From NCBI RefSeq assembly GCF_006345805.1, contig NC_043000.1:55924001-55988000 (forward strand): a stretch of 64,000 bases of DNA, in the 5' to 3' direction. Below the pieces are notes generated by a model. The model was given only the letters and a program-made list of their open reading frames with translations, ran no database searches and had not been told where the DNA came from. This document shows positions 26,919 through 40,113 of the stretch, piece after piece (position 1 is the stretch's first letter; every line of letters starts with the position of its first letter). The position numbers were made by a program, and so were the translations under genes. This stretch comes from Octopus sinensis. Taxonomy: Eukaryota.

Positions 26919-27410
26919 AAGTTTGCTTATTGATTGACATGAGCATACCCTCTGACCATAATATCTCGGCAAAAGAATTTGATAAGCTCAGAAAATATAA
27001 AAATTTGCTAATTGAAATCGAAAAGACGTGGCATCTCAAGAAGGTTACAACACCAGTGATTGTAGGAGCACTTGGAATGATAAAACAAGAACTGAAAATT
27101 ATTTAAGCATGATCCCGGGCAGGAAGGGCAAAAGGTTGTATTAACTGGTACGTCACACGTATTGAGAGCATTGTGGCTGTGAATTTTCTTTCCTTTTTCT
27201 CACTTTATTTTCATTGTTTACTTTTTTATTTTTTTTTTTCCTTTTTCTCTCTGTCGTCCCCTTTTTCTCTATCACATGACTTTGTAAGTGAAAAATCTGG
27301 TGTATTTATTTTAATGACCTACCAACTTATACAGTACGTTTCTCTGCCCTATGTGTCAAGAAGACACTCGGCAAGAAATAGAAACAGAATTGAAAGAAGA
27401 TGCTAATGAA
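26918..27410 (+). mobile_element. R4/Dong-clade 3' fragment (family C), copy 2 (tandem duplicate)
   Basis: Near-identical to copy 1 with the same truncation point; period 768 bp. Confidence 0.85.
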
Positions 27411-27444
27411 AATAATAATAATAATAATAATAACAATAATAATG

Positions 27445-27527
<83 letters not shown>

Positions 27528-27879
27528 GGGACGGAGAGAACACCGGGGGACGTTTAAGATGTAAGAAGGAAAATACAGAGCTCCGAAATCTATCCACAAA
27601 CATCGAAAACAAGGACATCCTATGGAGCCAAAGATTTACTAACAAAGAATTGGACTGTATCCGAGTAAGTAATACTAATTGAAATTTATTACTATTTTCG
27701 AAACGAAATGATGTATTTTGACTCGATATCATCTCCACCTCTAACACAACACATGTAAACATGCATGGAACATCACGATCATCTCCGACCCCAAACACCA
27801 TGTACAAAGGAACTACGAAGAAATTAAATGCCACCGATACTATTCAACCCAAAAATAACAATTAAACTTACAACAAAAA

Positions 27880-30800
27880 ATGTACGAAAAACTACACGTG
27901 CGAAATAATGTGACAACAGAAATAAACGGACCGGTACCCTACGAAAATGACGACCGTCAAAATAATGGGCCGGACGTTGTACCTCATGTCCCGCAAATAA
28001 AACCCAAAAGACGTAAATGGACACGTGAGGAATACATTTCTATCTTACACGCATACTTCACAGCAGTGCTCTACCCAAAAAATGAAAATACAACAACACA
28101 TACATATAAAATATGGAAGGAAAATAATAGAGATATAGACTTGGATACAGCAATGAACCCTAATAAATTAGCTAACGTACGAAGATACATTCTCAACACA
28201 AAAAAAATATCAGAAATAGAAATAGAACATCTAAAAGAAAAAATACACCAGGAAAATGTAGATAGAAGCCACACAACAATGCCCAATAATATAAACACTG
28301 AAACTGTAAAACACGAAGGCAAACGCAACATTCCCAACAAACACGATGTAAACAACGAAGGGGATCCTAATGATTATGATAATATAAAAAATAAAATAAT
28401 CAAAGAACTGAAAACCACAGAGCTCAAAATAGACCACCGACCATACCTCCCAAGAATCAAAATAAACGAAATAACAACACCAATTATAAACAGCATAAAC
28501 CTAGCCGTCACTGAACTAATAGCCACTGAAACAAAAAAAAGTGATATCACTGAGCTAAATGACTTAATATACGCAGCAGCCACTGCAGCCACAAAAGAAG
28601 CTGGATACTCACCCAAACCCGCTCAAACAGGAGTACCACCACCCAAACAAACCCTGTGGATAAATAACATCCAAAACAAAATTTTAAAATTAGAAAAGAC
28701 CTGTCGATTCTTAATGAAATCAGCAATCAACGCTACTGAGCAACAAAAAGAAAACAAAAATACTCCGCAAATATAACATCACAGAGAAAGATTTGCCTGA
28801 GATAAAAGAAAAGCTGAAGTAAGATATCCTTGCCAAAGCTCAAAGGATCCGCCGGTACGAGAAACGCCAACGCTTCTTTGAACAAAACAAAAAGTTCAAC
28901 TCCAACCCCAAAAAGTTCTACCAAGAACTGGGCAAAAATAAAATAGAAGTCACTGCAGCACCAACGGCAGAAGAATTGGAAGAATTCTGGAGAGAAATAT
29001 GGTCGGCGAACGAAGAACCAAAAAAAAAGGAGTATAAAAATAACAAACTCGGCATCTGAACAACTTTGGACCCCCATAACAACTGAAGAGGTCACCCAGG
29101 CACTGCAAAGACTAAGCAACTGGAAGGCACCTGGGCATGACAAGATCCCCAACTTCTGGTTGAAATATCTAACAGGAATGCACAAAAAGCTGGCTGAAAA
29201 CTTTAACAACATACTAGCAGAGCCAGAGACAATGCCTGAATGGCTCACGAAGGGAAAAACCATCTTAATTTCCAAATCAAATGAAACAGCAAAACCAGAA
29301 AACTACAGACCAATAACCTGCCTCCCTACTATGTTCAAGGCATTTACTGCAGTGATATCGCAAAGGCTGAACAAGCACCTGGACGAAAACAAACTGTTCC
29401 CAGAAGAGCAGAAAGGATGCCGCAAAGGCTCATATGGCTGTAAAGATCAACTAATGATTAATAAAGCCATAACTGAAGACAGCCACAGAAAGAAGAAAGG
29501 CCTCAGTATGGCCTGGATTGACTACAAAAAGGCGTTTGATAGCATCCCCCACACATGGATCCTCGAAACACTAGCCATTAACAAAGTAGCACCAACAATC
29601 ATAAAATTTATAGAGCACTCTATGAATAAATGGCAAACAGTCCTACACCTCCAAACAAAAGTGGGACTCATGAAAACCAAAGACATCCCCATTAGAAGAA
29701 GAATATTCCAGGGAGACACGCTCTCTCCACTCCTTTTCTGCTTGGCACTGTCACCTCTATCTGATATACTAAATAGAACTGGATGCGGATATAAATGTTA
29801 CGGCAAAACGATCAGCCACCTTTTATATATGGATGACCTAAAACTATACGCTGCAAATGACAAACAGTTGGAAACACTATTAAAGACAGTTCATGGATTT
29901 ACCAAAGAAATAGATATGAAATTTGGATTAGAAAAGTGCGCCAAAGTAACCATGAAAAGAGGAAAACTAGTTAAGAGTAACAACATCACACTAGATAAAA
30001 CCAATGAAATAAAAGAATTAGACCAAAGCCAAACTTACAAATACTTAGGAATCCATGAACTAGATAAGACACAACACACACAAATGAAAGAGAAAATAAA
30101 AAAAGAATATTATAGACGAGTTAGATCAATACTAAAAACAGAGCTCAATGATAAAAACAAGATAATAGGTATCAACACTTTAGCTGTCCCAGTTATAAGT
30201 TACAGCTACAATATCCTTAACTGGACACGAAATGAACTGACCAAAATAGATAGGAAAACAAGAAAAATAATGACAGGATCTAGGATGCATCACCCAAAAT
30301 CTGACATAGAAAGACTATATATACAACGTATAGAAGGTGGTAGAGGCCTTATACAGCTGGAAAACTACTATAAAATAACCACCATAGGACTGCAAAAATA
30401 TCTACTTCAGAAGGAAGGAAAACTGATCCAGATAGCGGCAAAACACGAGCAAAACAAAAAACTGTTCTCAGTATTCAAGGAAGCTGACAAATACAAACAA
30501 GAAATCATACCACCTAATAAACATGAAGAAGAAGAAGAAGAAGAAGAAGAAGAAGAAGAAGAAGAAGAAGAAGAAGAAGAAGAAGAAGAAGAAGAAGAAG
30601 AAGAAGAAACAACAAAAGCTATAAAACAAATGAAATCCAAACTAAAAATAGAACAGCAACGAACCATGATAAAACGATGGCAAGAAAAGCCCCTTCATGG
30701 TAAATACTGCACTAAACTAAACGCAAAAGAAATAGACAAAGAAAAATCCCAGCAATGGTTGAGAAGCTCAGGACTCAAAGCAGAAACAGAGGGATTTTTA

Positions 30801-31444
30801 ATTGCAGCACAAGACCAAAGCCTCCCCACCAGAAATTACCAAAAACATGTAATGAAAAGAAATATTACAAGTAACTGCAGAATATGTGGAGATGGACAAG
30901 AAACAATAAATCATATTATCTCTAGCTGCCCAGTCCTGGCTAAGAAGGAATATATTCACAGACATGACAGAGTTGGAACCTACATACATTGTAAGCTATG
31001 CCAACAATATGGAATAACAACAGAAAAAAGATGGTATAGGAACACACCAGAAAAGGTCACAGAAAACGAGAAAGCAACCATACTCTGGGATATGCCGATA
31101 CACACAGATAGAGAAATTAAGGCCAACAGACCAGATATAGTTGTCAGAGATCATGAAGAAAAAAATTCTTTCTAATTGATGTATCAATACCGGCAGATGA
31201 CAACGTGTCTCTAAAAGAAATGGAGAAACTCTCAAAATACAAAGACCTGGAAATAGAGGTAACTAGAATGTGGAATCTGAAAACAGAAACAATTCCTATC
31301 ATAGTAGGTGCATTAGGCATGATAAAAAAATATTCAGACAAATACATAACAAAAACACCAGGACTTACAAACACATATAACATACAGAAAATTGCACTAC
31401 TAGGCACTGCACACATCCTACGCAGAACACTTTCCATACAATAA
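27880..31444 (+). pseudogene. Disrupted single ORF of the Dong-like LINE (RT plus REL endonuclease)
   Basis: ORF pieces 27880-28776, 29160-31175 and 31205-31444; frameshifts near 28760, 29035 and 31165 and an in-frame stop near 28820. Confidence 0.9.
30525..30608 (+). repeat. (GAA)28 in frame inside the LINE ORF (poly-Glu)
   Basis: 84-nt pure GAA run between NKH and TTKAIK. Confidence 0.95.
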
Positions 31445-31538
31445 CCATCAGAGCATCACAACAAATCACAGCACATACCCAAGGCACACAGAGCTGCGCC
31501 CGGTAGTGAAGTGAAAGCACGCTATAAAAATAAAACTA

Positions 31539-31573
<35 letters not shown>

Positions 31574-32516
31574 CAACAACAATAATAATAGTAATAAGTT
31601 TCTGGTTCAGGTTGAAGGTTACTAATTTTGAGGGAAGGGATTAGTCGTTCCCTGTAATCAGCTTAGTCTTTATGTTATCGACCCCGGATGGATGGAAAGA
31701 AGTTGATAATTTATTTTGCAGTTTCTTACGAATTTGTACGTAAAAACGAGTTGATGGAGGAGAGATATTCCACAATATTTTAATACATCTTCCCTTATTA
31801 TAAATATATATAGTTACACACGTTTAACTGATGGACATTCTCTCCTGTACATTTGCCTTTCTTCCTGCATGGCTAATGAGAAATAGCTCTGGGTTCGTGC
31901 TCGTCAAGGTTTATCATAATCTGCATGACTATGCAAACCTTACCCAACCACATGTCATTCCGTGTAATCATCCTCCTTAAATTCTGTCTGTGTAGAGCCG
32001 CAAACGATGTCGATTAACCAAGTGTCAACTACCTATCAGTAGTAATTTTATTTCAGTTTCTGTCTAGAAAATTGTGACTGTGTAAGCGATGGAAAACTAT
32101 TTCATAATTTTCAAGAGTGGACGTATTGTGTTCTACCTCCTTTTTTGTCAAAACCTTTTACTACCCCACTCTCTTGTGTAAAATAGTACAAATAATAAAT
32201 AGGAAAAATGTAAGATGTCTAAAAAAAACAGGTGTTTTCTCTGTCTCATATCTTCGAGTAGGCGTTCAAACGTTTGATCATTTTCAGCTTACAAAATGAT
32301 AAAAGAAAAACCATCATATGAAATTTTATGTAACTCTTTCAGCAACAAATCGAAAGATTTTCGTTTGCTACAAAACTACAACGGTAACATCAACAACAAC
32401 AACATCAACAACAACGATAATAATAACAGTAGTAGTAGTAGTAGTAGTAGTATAGTAGTAGTAGTAGTAGTAGTAGTATAGTAGTAGTAGTAGTAGTAGT
32501 AGTAGTAATAATAATA

Positions 32517-34135
32517 AAAGGGAAAATGACAGAAACATCTAACGTTAACCTTGACCAGCAGAATGTCATAAAAGAATTAGCCCCAGCGGAGAACTACAAG
32601 TATCTAGGGGTAATTAAAGGAGACGGAATAAGGCATTCAGAGATGAAGGAAAGGATCAGGAGAGAATGTTATCGCAGAGTAAGAGCAATACTCAAGACAG
32701 AGCTGAATGCGAGAAACAGGATCGAAGCAATCAATGCATTAGCCATATCAGTCGTGACTTACAGTTTCAATATCGTTAACTGGTCAATTACTGAAATATG
32801 TAAACTTGACAGAAAAATACGAAAACTGTTGACAATGCATAGAATGCACCACCCTAAGGCAGATACAGAACGACTTTATCTGCCAAGAAAAGAGGGAGGC
32901 TGTGGACTTTTACAACTGGCAATAACAAAGAAGATTGCTACAATTGGCCTAGACACCTACCTGAAAAACTCTGAGGACTGGATGTTAAAACTTGTCTCAA
33001 AACATGAAAACAAGAAAGCATCATACTCAGTAGCAAAACAGGCAAAGGAATATCTAAGTTAATTCCGAATACAACAAATTTCGGAATTAGAGATAGACAT
33101 ACAAGAAACAGGCACAGAAAAAGCTAAGCGCACGAAAACTCGTGCTAAATCTGCGGCCTTAGATATTCTGAATGATAAATGGCAGGAAAAAACCTCTCTA
33201 TGGCAAATACCCAAAGAGAGCGAATAATGCAGATGTTGACAAAGACCTGACCCATCAATGGCTAATGACCTATGGCTTAAAATCTGAAACAGAGGGGTGT
33301 ATCATAGCAGCTCAAGATCAATGCCTACCAACAAGAAACTACCAGGCCAACATATTAAAGATCAGCAGCAGTCCAACGTGTCGTGTATGCCAGCAACAAA
33401 ATGAAACTATTGATCATGTGGTCTCCAAGTGCAGTCTTCTAGCGCCTACAGAGTATCTCAACAGGCACGATAACGCTGCACAATATATTCACTGCGTAAT
33501 CTGCAAAAACCTGGATTTGCCCCATGAAAAAAACTGGTGGGAACACAAACCACCCCCAGTGCTTGAAAATGACCACATCTCACTCCTCTGGAACTTCACC
33601 ATTCAAACTGACAGAAAGATAGATGCAAATAGGCCAGATATCATATTGAAAGACTTCAAACAAAGAACATGCCTCCTCATTGATATGACTGTCCCAATCG
33701 ATATAAAAGTATCTGTCAAGACCTACCAAAAACTGAGCAAATATAAAGATCTTGAAATAGAAATCAGCAAAATGTGGAACCTGAAGACTAAAACAATACC
33801 TGTTGTCATAGGTGCCCTGGGAATTATAGCAAAAGGGGCTGATAGCTACCTAACTCAGATACCAGGAAACCCAAAAGTGGCAAAAATTCAAAAGATAGTG
33901 CTCAAGGGAACTGCTCATATCCTACGCAAAATACTCTCTATGTAATCTCAAGGTTTAAAACAAACTTTTTTTTTAATTTGTTTATTAGACATTCACTAGT
34001 ACAACACAAAAACAACCAAATATATGGCACACTAGGCATAACAACAACGTGAACTTTCAACCTGTTGTCTCTTGAGGTCTCCGGGTGAGACTTGGAGCCA
34101 ACTTGTACAAATATAAAGCAAAAGTCAAACATGTG
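32517..34135 (+). mobile_element. R4/Dong-clade LINE, 5'-truncated 1.6 kb (family D)
   Basis: YKYLGV, MHHPKADTERLYLPRKEGG, IAAQDQ, CRVCQQQNETIDHVVSKC, RPDIIL, IDMTVP; own 3' UTR ending CAAACATGTG(ATA)n. Confidence 0.92.
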
Positions 34136-34210
<75 letters not shown>

Positions 34211-34240
34211 TTTATAATAATAATAATATAATAATAATAA

Positions 34241-34331
34241 CCCTTATCAGACGGGTAGTCATGATGGGTATCCTGGGCTTCGTATATTTTACCCCAGTGT
34301 CACTTTGATGGCATGCACTGCTCTCTCACTC
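34241..34331 (+). mobile_element. 558-bp element, last 91 nt only
   Basis: Matches about 35212-35300; (AAT)n on both sides. Confidence 0.85.
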
Positions 34332-34356
34332 AATAATAATAATAATAATAATAATA

Positions 34357-34654
34357 GACCTGGAAATAGAGGTAACTAGAATGTGGAATCTGAAAACAGA
34401 AACAATTCCTATCATAATAGGTGCATTAGGCATGATAAAAAAATATTCAGACAAATACATAACAAAAACACCAGGACTTACAAACACATATAACATACAG
34501 AAAATTGCACTACTAGGCACTGCACACATCCTACGCAGAACACTTTCCATACAATAACCATCAGAGCATCACAACAAATCACAGCACATACCCAAGGCAC
34601 ACAGAGCTGCGCTCGGTAGTGAAGTGAAAGCACGTTATAAAAATAAAACTACTG
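34357..34654 (+). mobile_element. R4/Dong family A, 5'-truncated copy
   Basis: DLEIEVTRMWNLKTETIPIIIGALGMIKK plus the family A 3' UTR; (AAT)n on both sides. Confidence 0.92.
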
Positions 34655-34679
34655 AATAATAAAATAATAATAATAATAA

Positions 34680-34732
<53 letters not shown>

Positions 34733-34742
34733 TAATAATAAT

Positions 34743-35300
34743 AAATGCCCTGATGCAGTACCAGGCAGTGGCTCTCATGGCTTCTGATCTTAACTGATTG
34801 GAAGTGTTATCATGTACATTGTTTTGTCTTGGTATAAAAGATGGGCTACAGCAAATATTCTGCTCAATACCACAGATTTGCTTGTCAGTTCTTTGACCTT
34901 TATCAGTTGAGCATGTCCCTTAGTGGCTGACGATATGAGCATCTCTGACCATGAGCAGAAGTAGTGGGGGAGCATCATAGCCATGTGTTGAGAGGGATTC
35001 TTTGGGGTTTGAATAGTTCACCTCTGGAAACATGGGTGGTTCTTTCAACATCCTTAAACAACCCTTATTCAGGGACCGTTTGAGCGGGATGGGCTACTCA
35101 ACCTGAAGAAAATTCTAACTGGGCCCCACCTGCAAGGTCATGTGCTGTTTATCTTGATATGAGATCACCATGTCGCGCACATATGGTTGTGATGCATGTG
35201 CCTGTTGTACCTTTATCAGACGGGTAGTCATGATGGGTATATTGGGCTTCGTATATTTTACCCCAGTGTCACTTTGATGGCATGAACTGCTCTCTCACTC
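34743..35300 (+). mobile_element. 558-bp element, full-length reference copy
   Basis: AAATGCCCTGATGCAGTACCAGGC ... CTGCTCTCTCACTC, flanked by (AAT)n. Confidence 0.9.
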
Positions 35301-36639
35301 AATGATAATAATAATAATAATACAGTTTTACTATTTTCAAGAAGACATATTCATTTAAGTAATCAAAATGCACGTTACAAAATATGTAGGGACAAAGAAA
35401 ATAAAGTATATAGAAGGTAAGGAGTGTCAAAAACGTTATGCCGTGTATTAAGAAAGATTAAATTTAAATATGCACGAAATAACTTCAAAAAATAAATTAT
35501 TATATAAGAGCATAGATAATTAAGCTGTAATATAAATACAGAAGAAAAACAAATATGGTGATTTAGTCCTTCTACAAGGGTGAAGCTACAAGCTAAATTG
35601 AATCAGTGCCTTCCCACTTGTCTTTGAACCTGATACATTTAAATGTATCTGTGAGCATTTTCTGCGTTTGCTTGAACATAAAGCATAGGTATAACTATTT
35701 CCTAGACTTTTGGTGGATATGTAAAATTTTTTGTCTCTAGTTCTTTCATGAAAGAAATATTTGGGCAAAGATGTATTTCTTTTGGTTACAAAAGTCTGCC
35801 AAGCAGATTTCTTCTCAGTCAATCGATTCATGTTCAAATTTGCATACTGTGACTGCTTTAGGGAATGAGAAATTGCTTTTCCTTGCTTTGCTCATTTGGT
35901 ACACACAGTCTGCGTGTATGTGTGTACGCATACACTCATACACACACATAAGTGTATGTGTGTGTATGAGTGTATGCGTGTAAAATCGTGTATGCTATCG
36001 TGTGTACGTGAACGTGTGTATGTACGTGAATGTGAGTATGTGTGTGAACGTGTGTATGTGTATGAGTGTATGTGTATTTGCATATCACTGAGAATGTTCG
36101 CACTACTGTTACTGCTTTACTCTTGCTGTCTATCTAAAGGTCATTACATTTTATCATTTTGTAATATTTACGTTCCGATACGAAATTCAATTTCTCTGTT
36201 TTTGTGCCGATATGTTTGCTTTGAAAATGTTGTCATTTGTTAAATGTAAACACAAAGAAAATCATGTTTAAATTCCAAAGATAACAAACGTTATTCATCA
36301 CTGTATTTCAGAGAAAAGTCTCAGGTGTTTTTAAATAATGTGCTTTTGTTTCGGATATGATTGGTAAATATCTTAGGCGGACAAGTGAAGTTGCATGTCT
36401 ACTTGAATCAAGTATACGACTACAGTTGTTACTACTGCTACTACTACTGATGATGATGATGATGATGATGGTAGTGGTGGTGGTGGTGGAGGTGGTGACG
36501 ACGACGACGAAGGGGATATGAGAAGAAGAAGAAGAAGAAGAAGAAGAAGAAGAAGAAGAAGAAGAAGAAGAAGAAGAAGAAGAAGAAGAAGAAGAAGAAG
36601 AAGAAGAAGAAGAAGAAGAAGAAGAAGAAGAAGATAGAG

Positions 36640-36850
36640 TTCTGATTTAGGAACAAGGCTAGCAATTTTGAGGAGAGAAATGGTTAGTGGACACCAACCC
36701 ACAATACTTGATTGATACTTTATTTTCTGGAACCCCGCATGTATGAAATGCAAAGTTGACGTCGATGACATTTGATCTCAAGAATATGAAGAGCTAGAAC
36801 AAATATCACTAGGTATTTTTCCGAAGTTCTAACGGTTCTGCTAAACCTCA
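36640..36850 (-). mobile_element. Degraded SINE-B after (AAG)n at 36521-36633
   Basis: ATGAAATGCAAAGTTGACGTCGATGACATTTGATCTCAAGAA resembles the reverse complement of the SINE-B centre. Confidence 0.6.
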
Positions 36851-37377
36851 ACTTGGATTCTAATGCAGTTTCAATATGTTTTTGTTTTACAAATATCTTT
36901 GTCCATTTTCTCCGTGACATGTGTGTATATGTGTTTTTGTGTGTATGTGTGTGTGCGTGTGTGTGTGTCCGTGTGTGTATGTGCGTGTTTGTGTGTGCGT
37001 GTTTGTGTGTGCGTGTTAGAGTGTGTGTCTGTGTGTTTTCCGTTTAGCTATCAAAGGTTACGTTGGAAAGGATTTTTCTCTGCTTCTTACCGGCATTTTG
37101 TGAAAGTCACTTAACAAAGCAATATTTAAATACATCGTTTTTCTCACCCAGTTTGAGCGCAAAGGCATTGCTCAAAAATCTGCTCACCATTCTTTGAATA
37201 AGCTCAAACGAGTTGGCAGAGAAAAAGTTATCTAATTATGAATAGATTCACGATAAGTAATCCAAAAGCTTCGTGAGGCGATTTTATCACGTTGGAATTG
37301 AAGTTGTCATCATTATTATTATTATTATTATTATTATCATCATCATCATCATCATTATTATTATTATTATTATTATT

Positions 37378-38185
37378 CAGTAGTATATTTTTTATAGCGT
37401 GCTTTCACTTCACTACCGAGCACAGCTCTGTGTGCCTTGCGTATGTGCTGTGATTTGTTGTGGTGCTCTGATGGTTATTGTATGGAAAGTGTTCTGCGTA
37501 GGATGTGTGCAGTGCCTAGTAGTGCAATTTTCTGTATGTTATATGTGTTTGTAAGTCCTGGTGTTTTTGTTATGTATTTGTCTGAATATTTTTTTATCAT
37601 GCCTAATGCACCTATTATGATAGGAATTGTTTCTGCTTTTAGATTCCACATTCTAGTTACCTCTATTTCCAGGTCTTTGTATTTTGAAAGTTTCTCCATT
37701 TCTTTTAGAGACACGTTGTCATCTGCTGGTATTGATACATCAATTAAAAAACATTTTTTTCTTCATGATCTCTGACAACTATATCTGGTCTGTTGGCCTT
37801 AATTTCTCTATCTGTGTGTATTGGCATATCCCAGAATATGGTTGATTTCTCGTTTTCTGTGACCTTTTCTGGTGTGTTCCTATACCATCTTTTTTCTGTT
37901 GTTATTCCATAATGTTGGCAGAGTTTCCAGTGTAAATAGGTCCCAACTCTGTCGTGTCTGTGAATATATTCCTTCTTAGCCAGGACTGGGCAGCCAGAGA
38001 TAATATGATTTATTGTTTCTCGTCCATCTCCACATATTCTGCAGTTACTTGTTATATTTCTTTTCATTACATGTTTTTGGTAATTTCTGGTGGGGAGGCT
38101 TTGGTCTTGTGCTGCAATTAAAAATCCTTCTGTTTCTGCTTTCAGTCCTGAGCTTCTCAACCATTGCTGGGATTTTTCTTTGTCT
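37378..38185 (-). mobile_element. R4/Dong family A, 5'-truncated copy
   Basis: WLRSSGLKAETEGFLIAAQDQ, CRICGDG, RPDIVV; 3' end in (ATT)n. Confidence 0.93.
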
Positions 38186-38290
38186 TTCATCCTTTCGGGG
38201 TCGAAAAGTTAAGTACCAGTTGCGTACTTGCGTACTTGCCCCACCTCCCCCAAAATTTCGGGCCTCGTACCTAGAGTAGAAAAGATTATT
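38178..38290 (+). mobile_element. SINE-B 3' half, fused to the LINE 5' end
   Basis: CTTTCATCCTTTCGGGGTCGAAAAGTTAAGTACCAG...AGTAGAAAAGATTATT. Confidence 0.8.
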
Positions 38291-38313
38291 ATTATTAGTA
38301 GTAGTAGTAGTAA

Positions 38314-38366
<53 letters not shown>

Positions 38367-39104
38367 CATTAAGAAGAAGAAGAAGAATAACAACAACAAC
38401 AGGAAGAAGAAGAATGCTTTTTGAAAATAGTGAAGTTATATACTATGTTTATATATATATGTGTGTATGTGTGTGTGTACACACACACATATATATACAT
38501 ACTTACAAACATGCATACATACACTCAATATATATAAGTACAAACATACATGCATATATACATACATACATACATACATACATACATACATACATACATA
38601 CATACATACATTCTACCAACGATTTTTTTTTCTTTGGGTGTTTTCCAGGAAACTTTTAATATTCTTACTTTATACAAAATTCTGATTGCATAACAATTTT
38701 CTCAACGGAAATCACTTGCGGATTGTTGCATTCGCTGTCTCTTTTTCTATCATGATTATTTTCCATTGCCATTCCTTTTTAATCTTTTGTCTTTGATTTA
38801 GAGAGATTTGTCTGGCATTTAATAAAAAGTCTTGATATTTCTCTTCTTTTTCAGTTTTTATTCTGAAGCAATATTATTCTTAACCAAAATTTTGTCACAC
38901 GTGAGAACTTTATTAAAATCTCTTCCATTTTGCTCTGGACATCCGCAACGACTTTTACCATGACATGTTGCTCGAATTTCAACGAAGCTTTGTTCGATCC
39001 ATACTCGATGTATTCTTGGGTAAACTAATCCACTTTCTGTACATAAGGGAATTTGTTTTCACTTCTAATAATTAAAATAAAAATCAAAGATCCTTCCCAA
39101 GCCA

Positions 39105-39318
39105 TCCGCTTATAAGGCTGGTTTACCGAGTTCTGCAAGTTATACATTCACCCCTGGACGAAAAGCCTGTTCGAAGCAGGCTTGCTCATTTTTGCCAGCA
39201 GATAGCTGGAGTAACATGAAATTAAGTGTATTGCTCAAGAACACAACCTATCACCAGGCCCAGGTATCACAACGACAATCTTACGACACCCTAACCACTA
39301 AGTAATGCGTCTCCACGT
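39105..39318 (-). mobile_element. SINE-C, degraded
   Basis: CTCATTTTTGCCAGCAGATAGCTGGAGTAACATGAAATTAAGTGTATTGCTCAAGAACACA. Confidence 0.6.
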
Positions 39319-39899
39319 TTCTTATAATATATAACCCGATATAAATAATCCCACTTATAATACATAGCTTGATATAAATAATTTGTCACTCTTTATCTTC
39401 CTCTCTCAGGCATATTCCAAAATTAGTCTGGTATCATATGAACAATACGTAACTACTGTTATTGTTATGTGGTGCTATGTCGATAAACCATATTTCAATG
39501 AGGACATGCCAACTTTCCCTAGTTGTCATCCAGTAAGGACAATATAATTTGTTATTAGGCACCAACCTGTAAAATGTTCAAATGTAACACATATCAGTAG
39601 TATTGGTACCACTTGATTAGGAAGGCCAACAATATCTATGAACATTTCCGTTTCTGACTCACTTGTGAAGAATTTTAAATCATATATTGAGTAGAATTTG
39701 AAGGGTAACCAGGAAAGTATCCACAGAAATAAACACATACAGATTGAAAGAGTGAGAGAGAGAGGGAGTCATCAATAATTGAACACGAATAACATTAACA
39801 CTTTCCCTCTCCCTATATACATAGAAAGATATGCTTACTCACAATGTGGAAGGGGAGAGACAGAATGGGGAAGATCATTAATATGAGAAGAAACATATA

Positions 39900-40113
39900 A
39901 GGTGGTGAGCTAACAGAATCGTTAACACGTTGGGCGAAATACTTTGCGGCATTTCGTTCGTCTTTATGTTCTGAGTTCAAATGCCGTTGAGGTCGAATTT
40001 GCCGTTCATCATTTCAGGGTCGATAAAATACGCACTAGTTGAGTATTGGAGTCTATGTAATGCACTGTATCCCGCACCCAAAATTGCTGGCCTTGTGCTA
40101 AAATTTGAAACCA
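39900..40113 (+). mobile_element. SINE-B (AAAATTTGAAACC tail)
   Basis: Head GGTGGTGAGCTAACAGAATCGTTA, B box GAGTTCAAAT. Confidence 0.8.

Larger units (their letters stand above)
27527..31541 (+). mobile_element. Near full-length R4/Dong-clade non-LTR retrotransposon (family A) inserted in (AAT)n
   Basis: N-terminal KRRKWTREEY motif, RT (NYRPITCL, QKGC, AWIDYKKAFDS, IFQGDTLSP, LYMDD), CCHC knuckle CRICGDGQETINHIISSC and REL nuclease RPDIV...IDVSIP...KYKDL; (AAT)n on both sides. Confidence 0.95.

Noticed and set aside
37148-39655. Further phase 1-1 exon candidates on the minus strand (about 39655-39569, 39036-38959, 37231-37148)
   Set aside because: Weak acceptors; the concatenated peptide resembles no family I recognise, and such segments arise by chance in AT-rich DNA.
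39526-39738. ORF with SWLPF resembling GPCR TM6-TM7
   Set aside because: No NPxxY motif or other helices nearby; a short match expected by chance.
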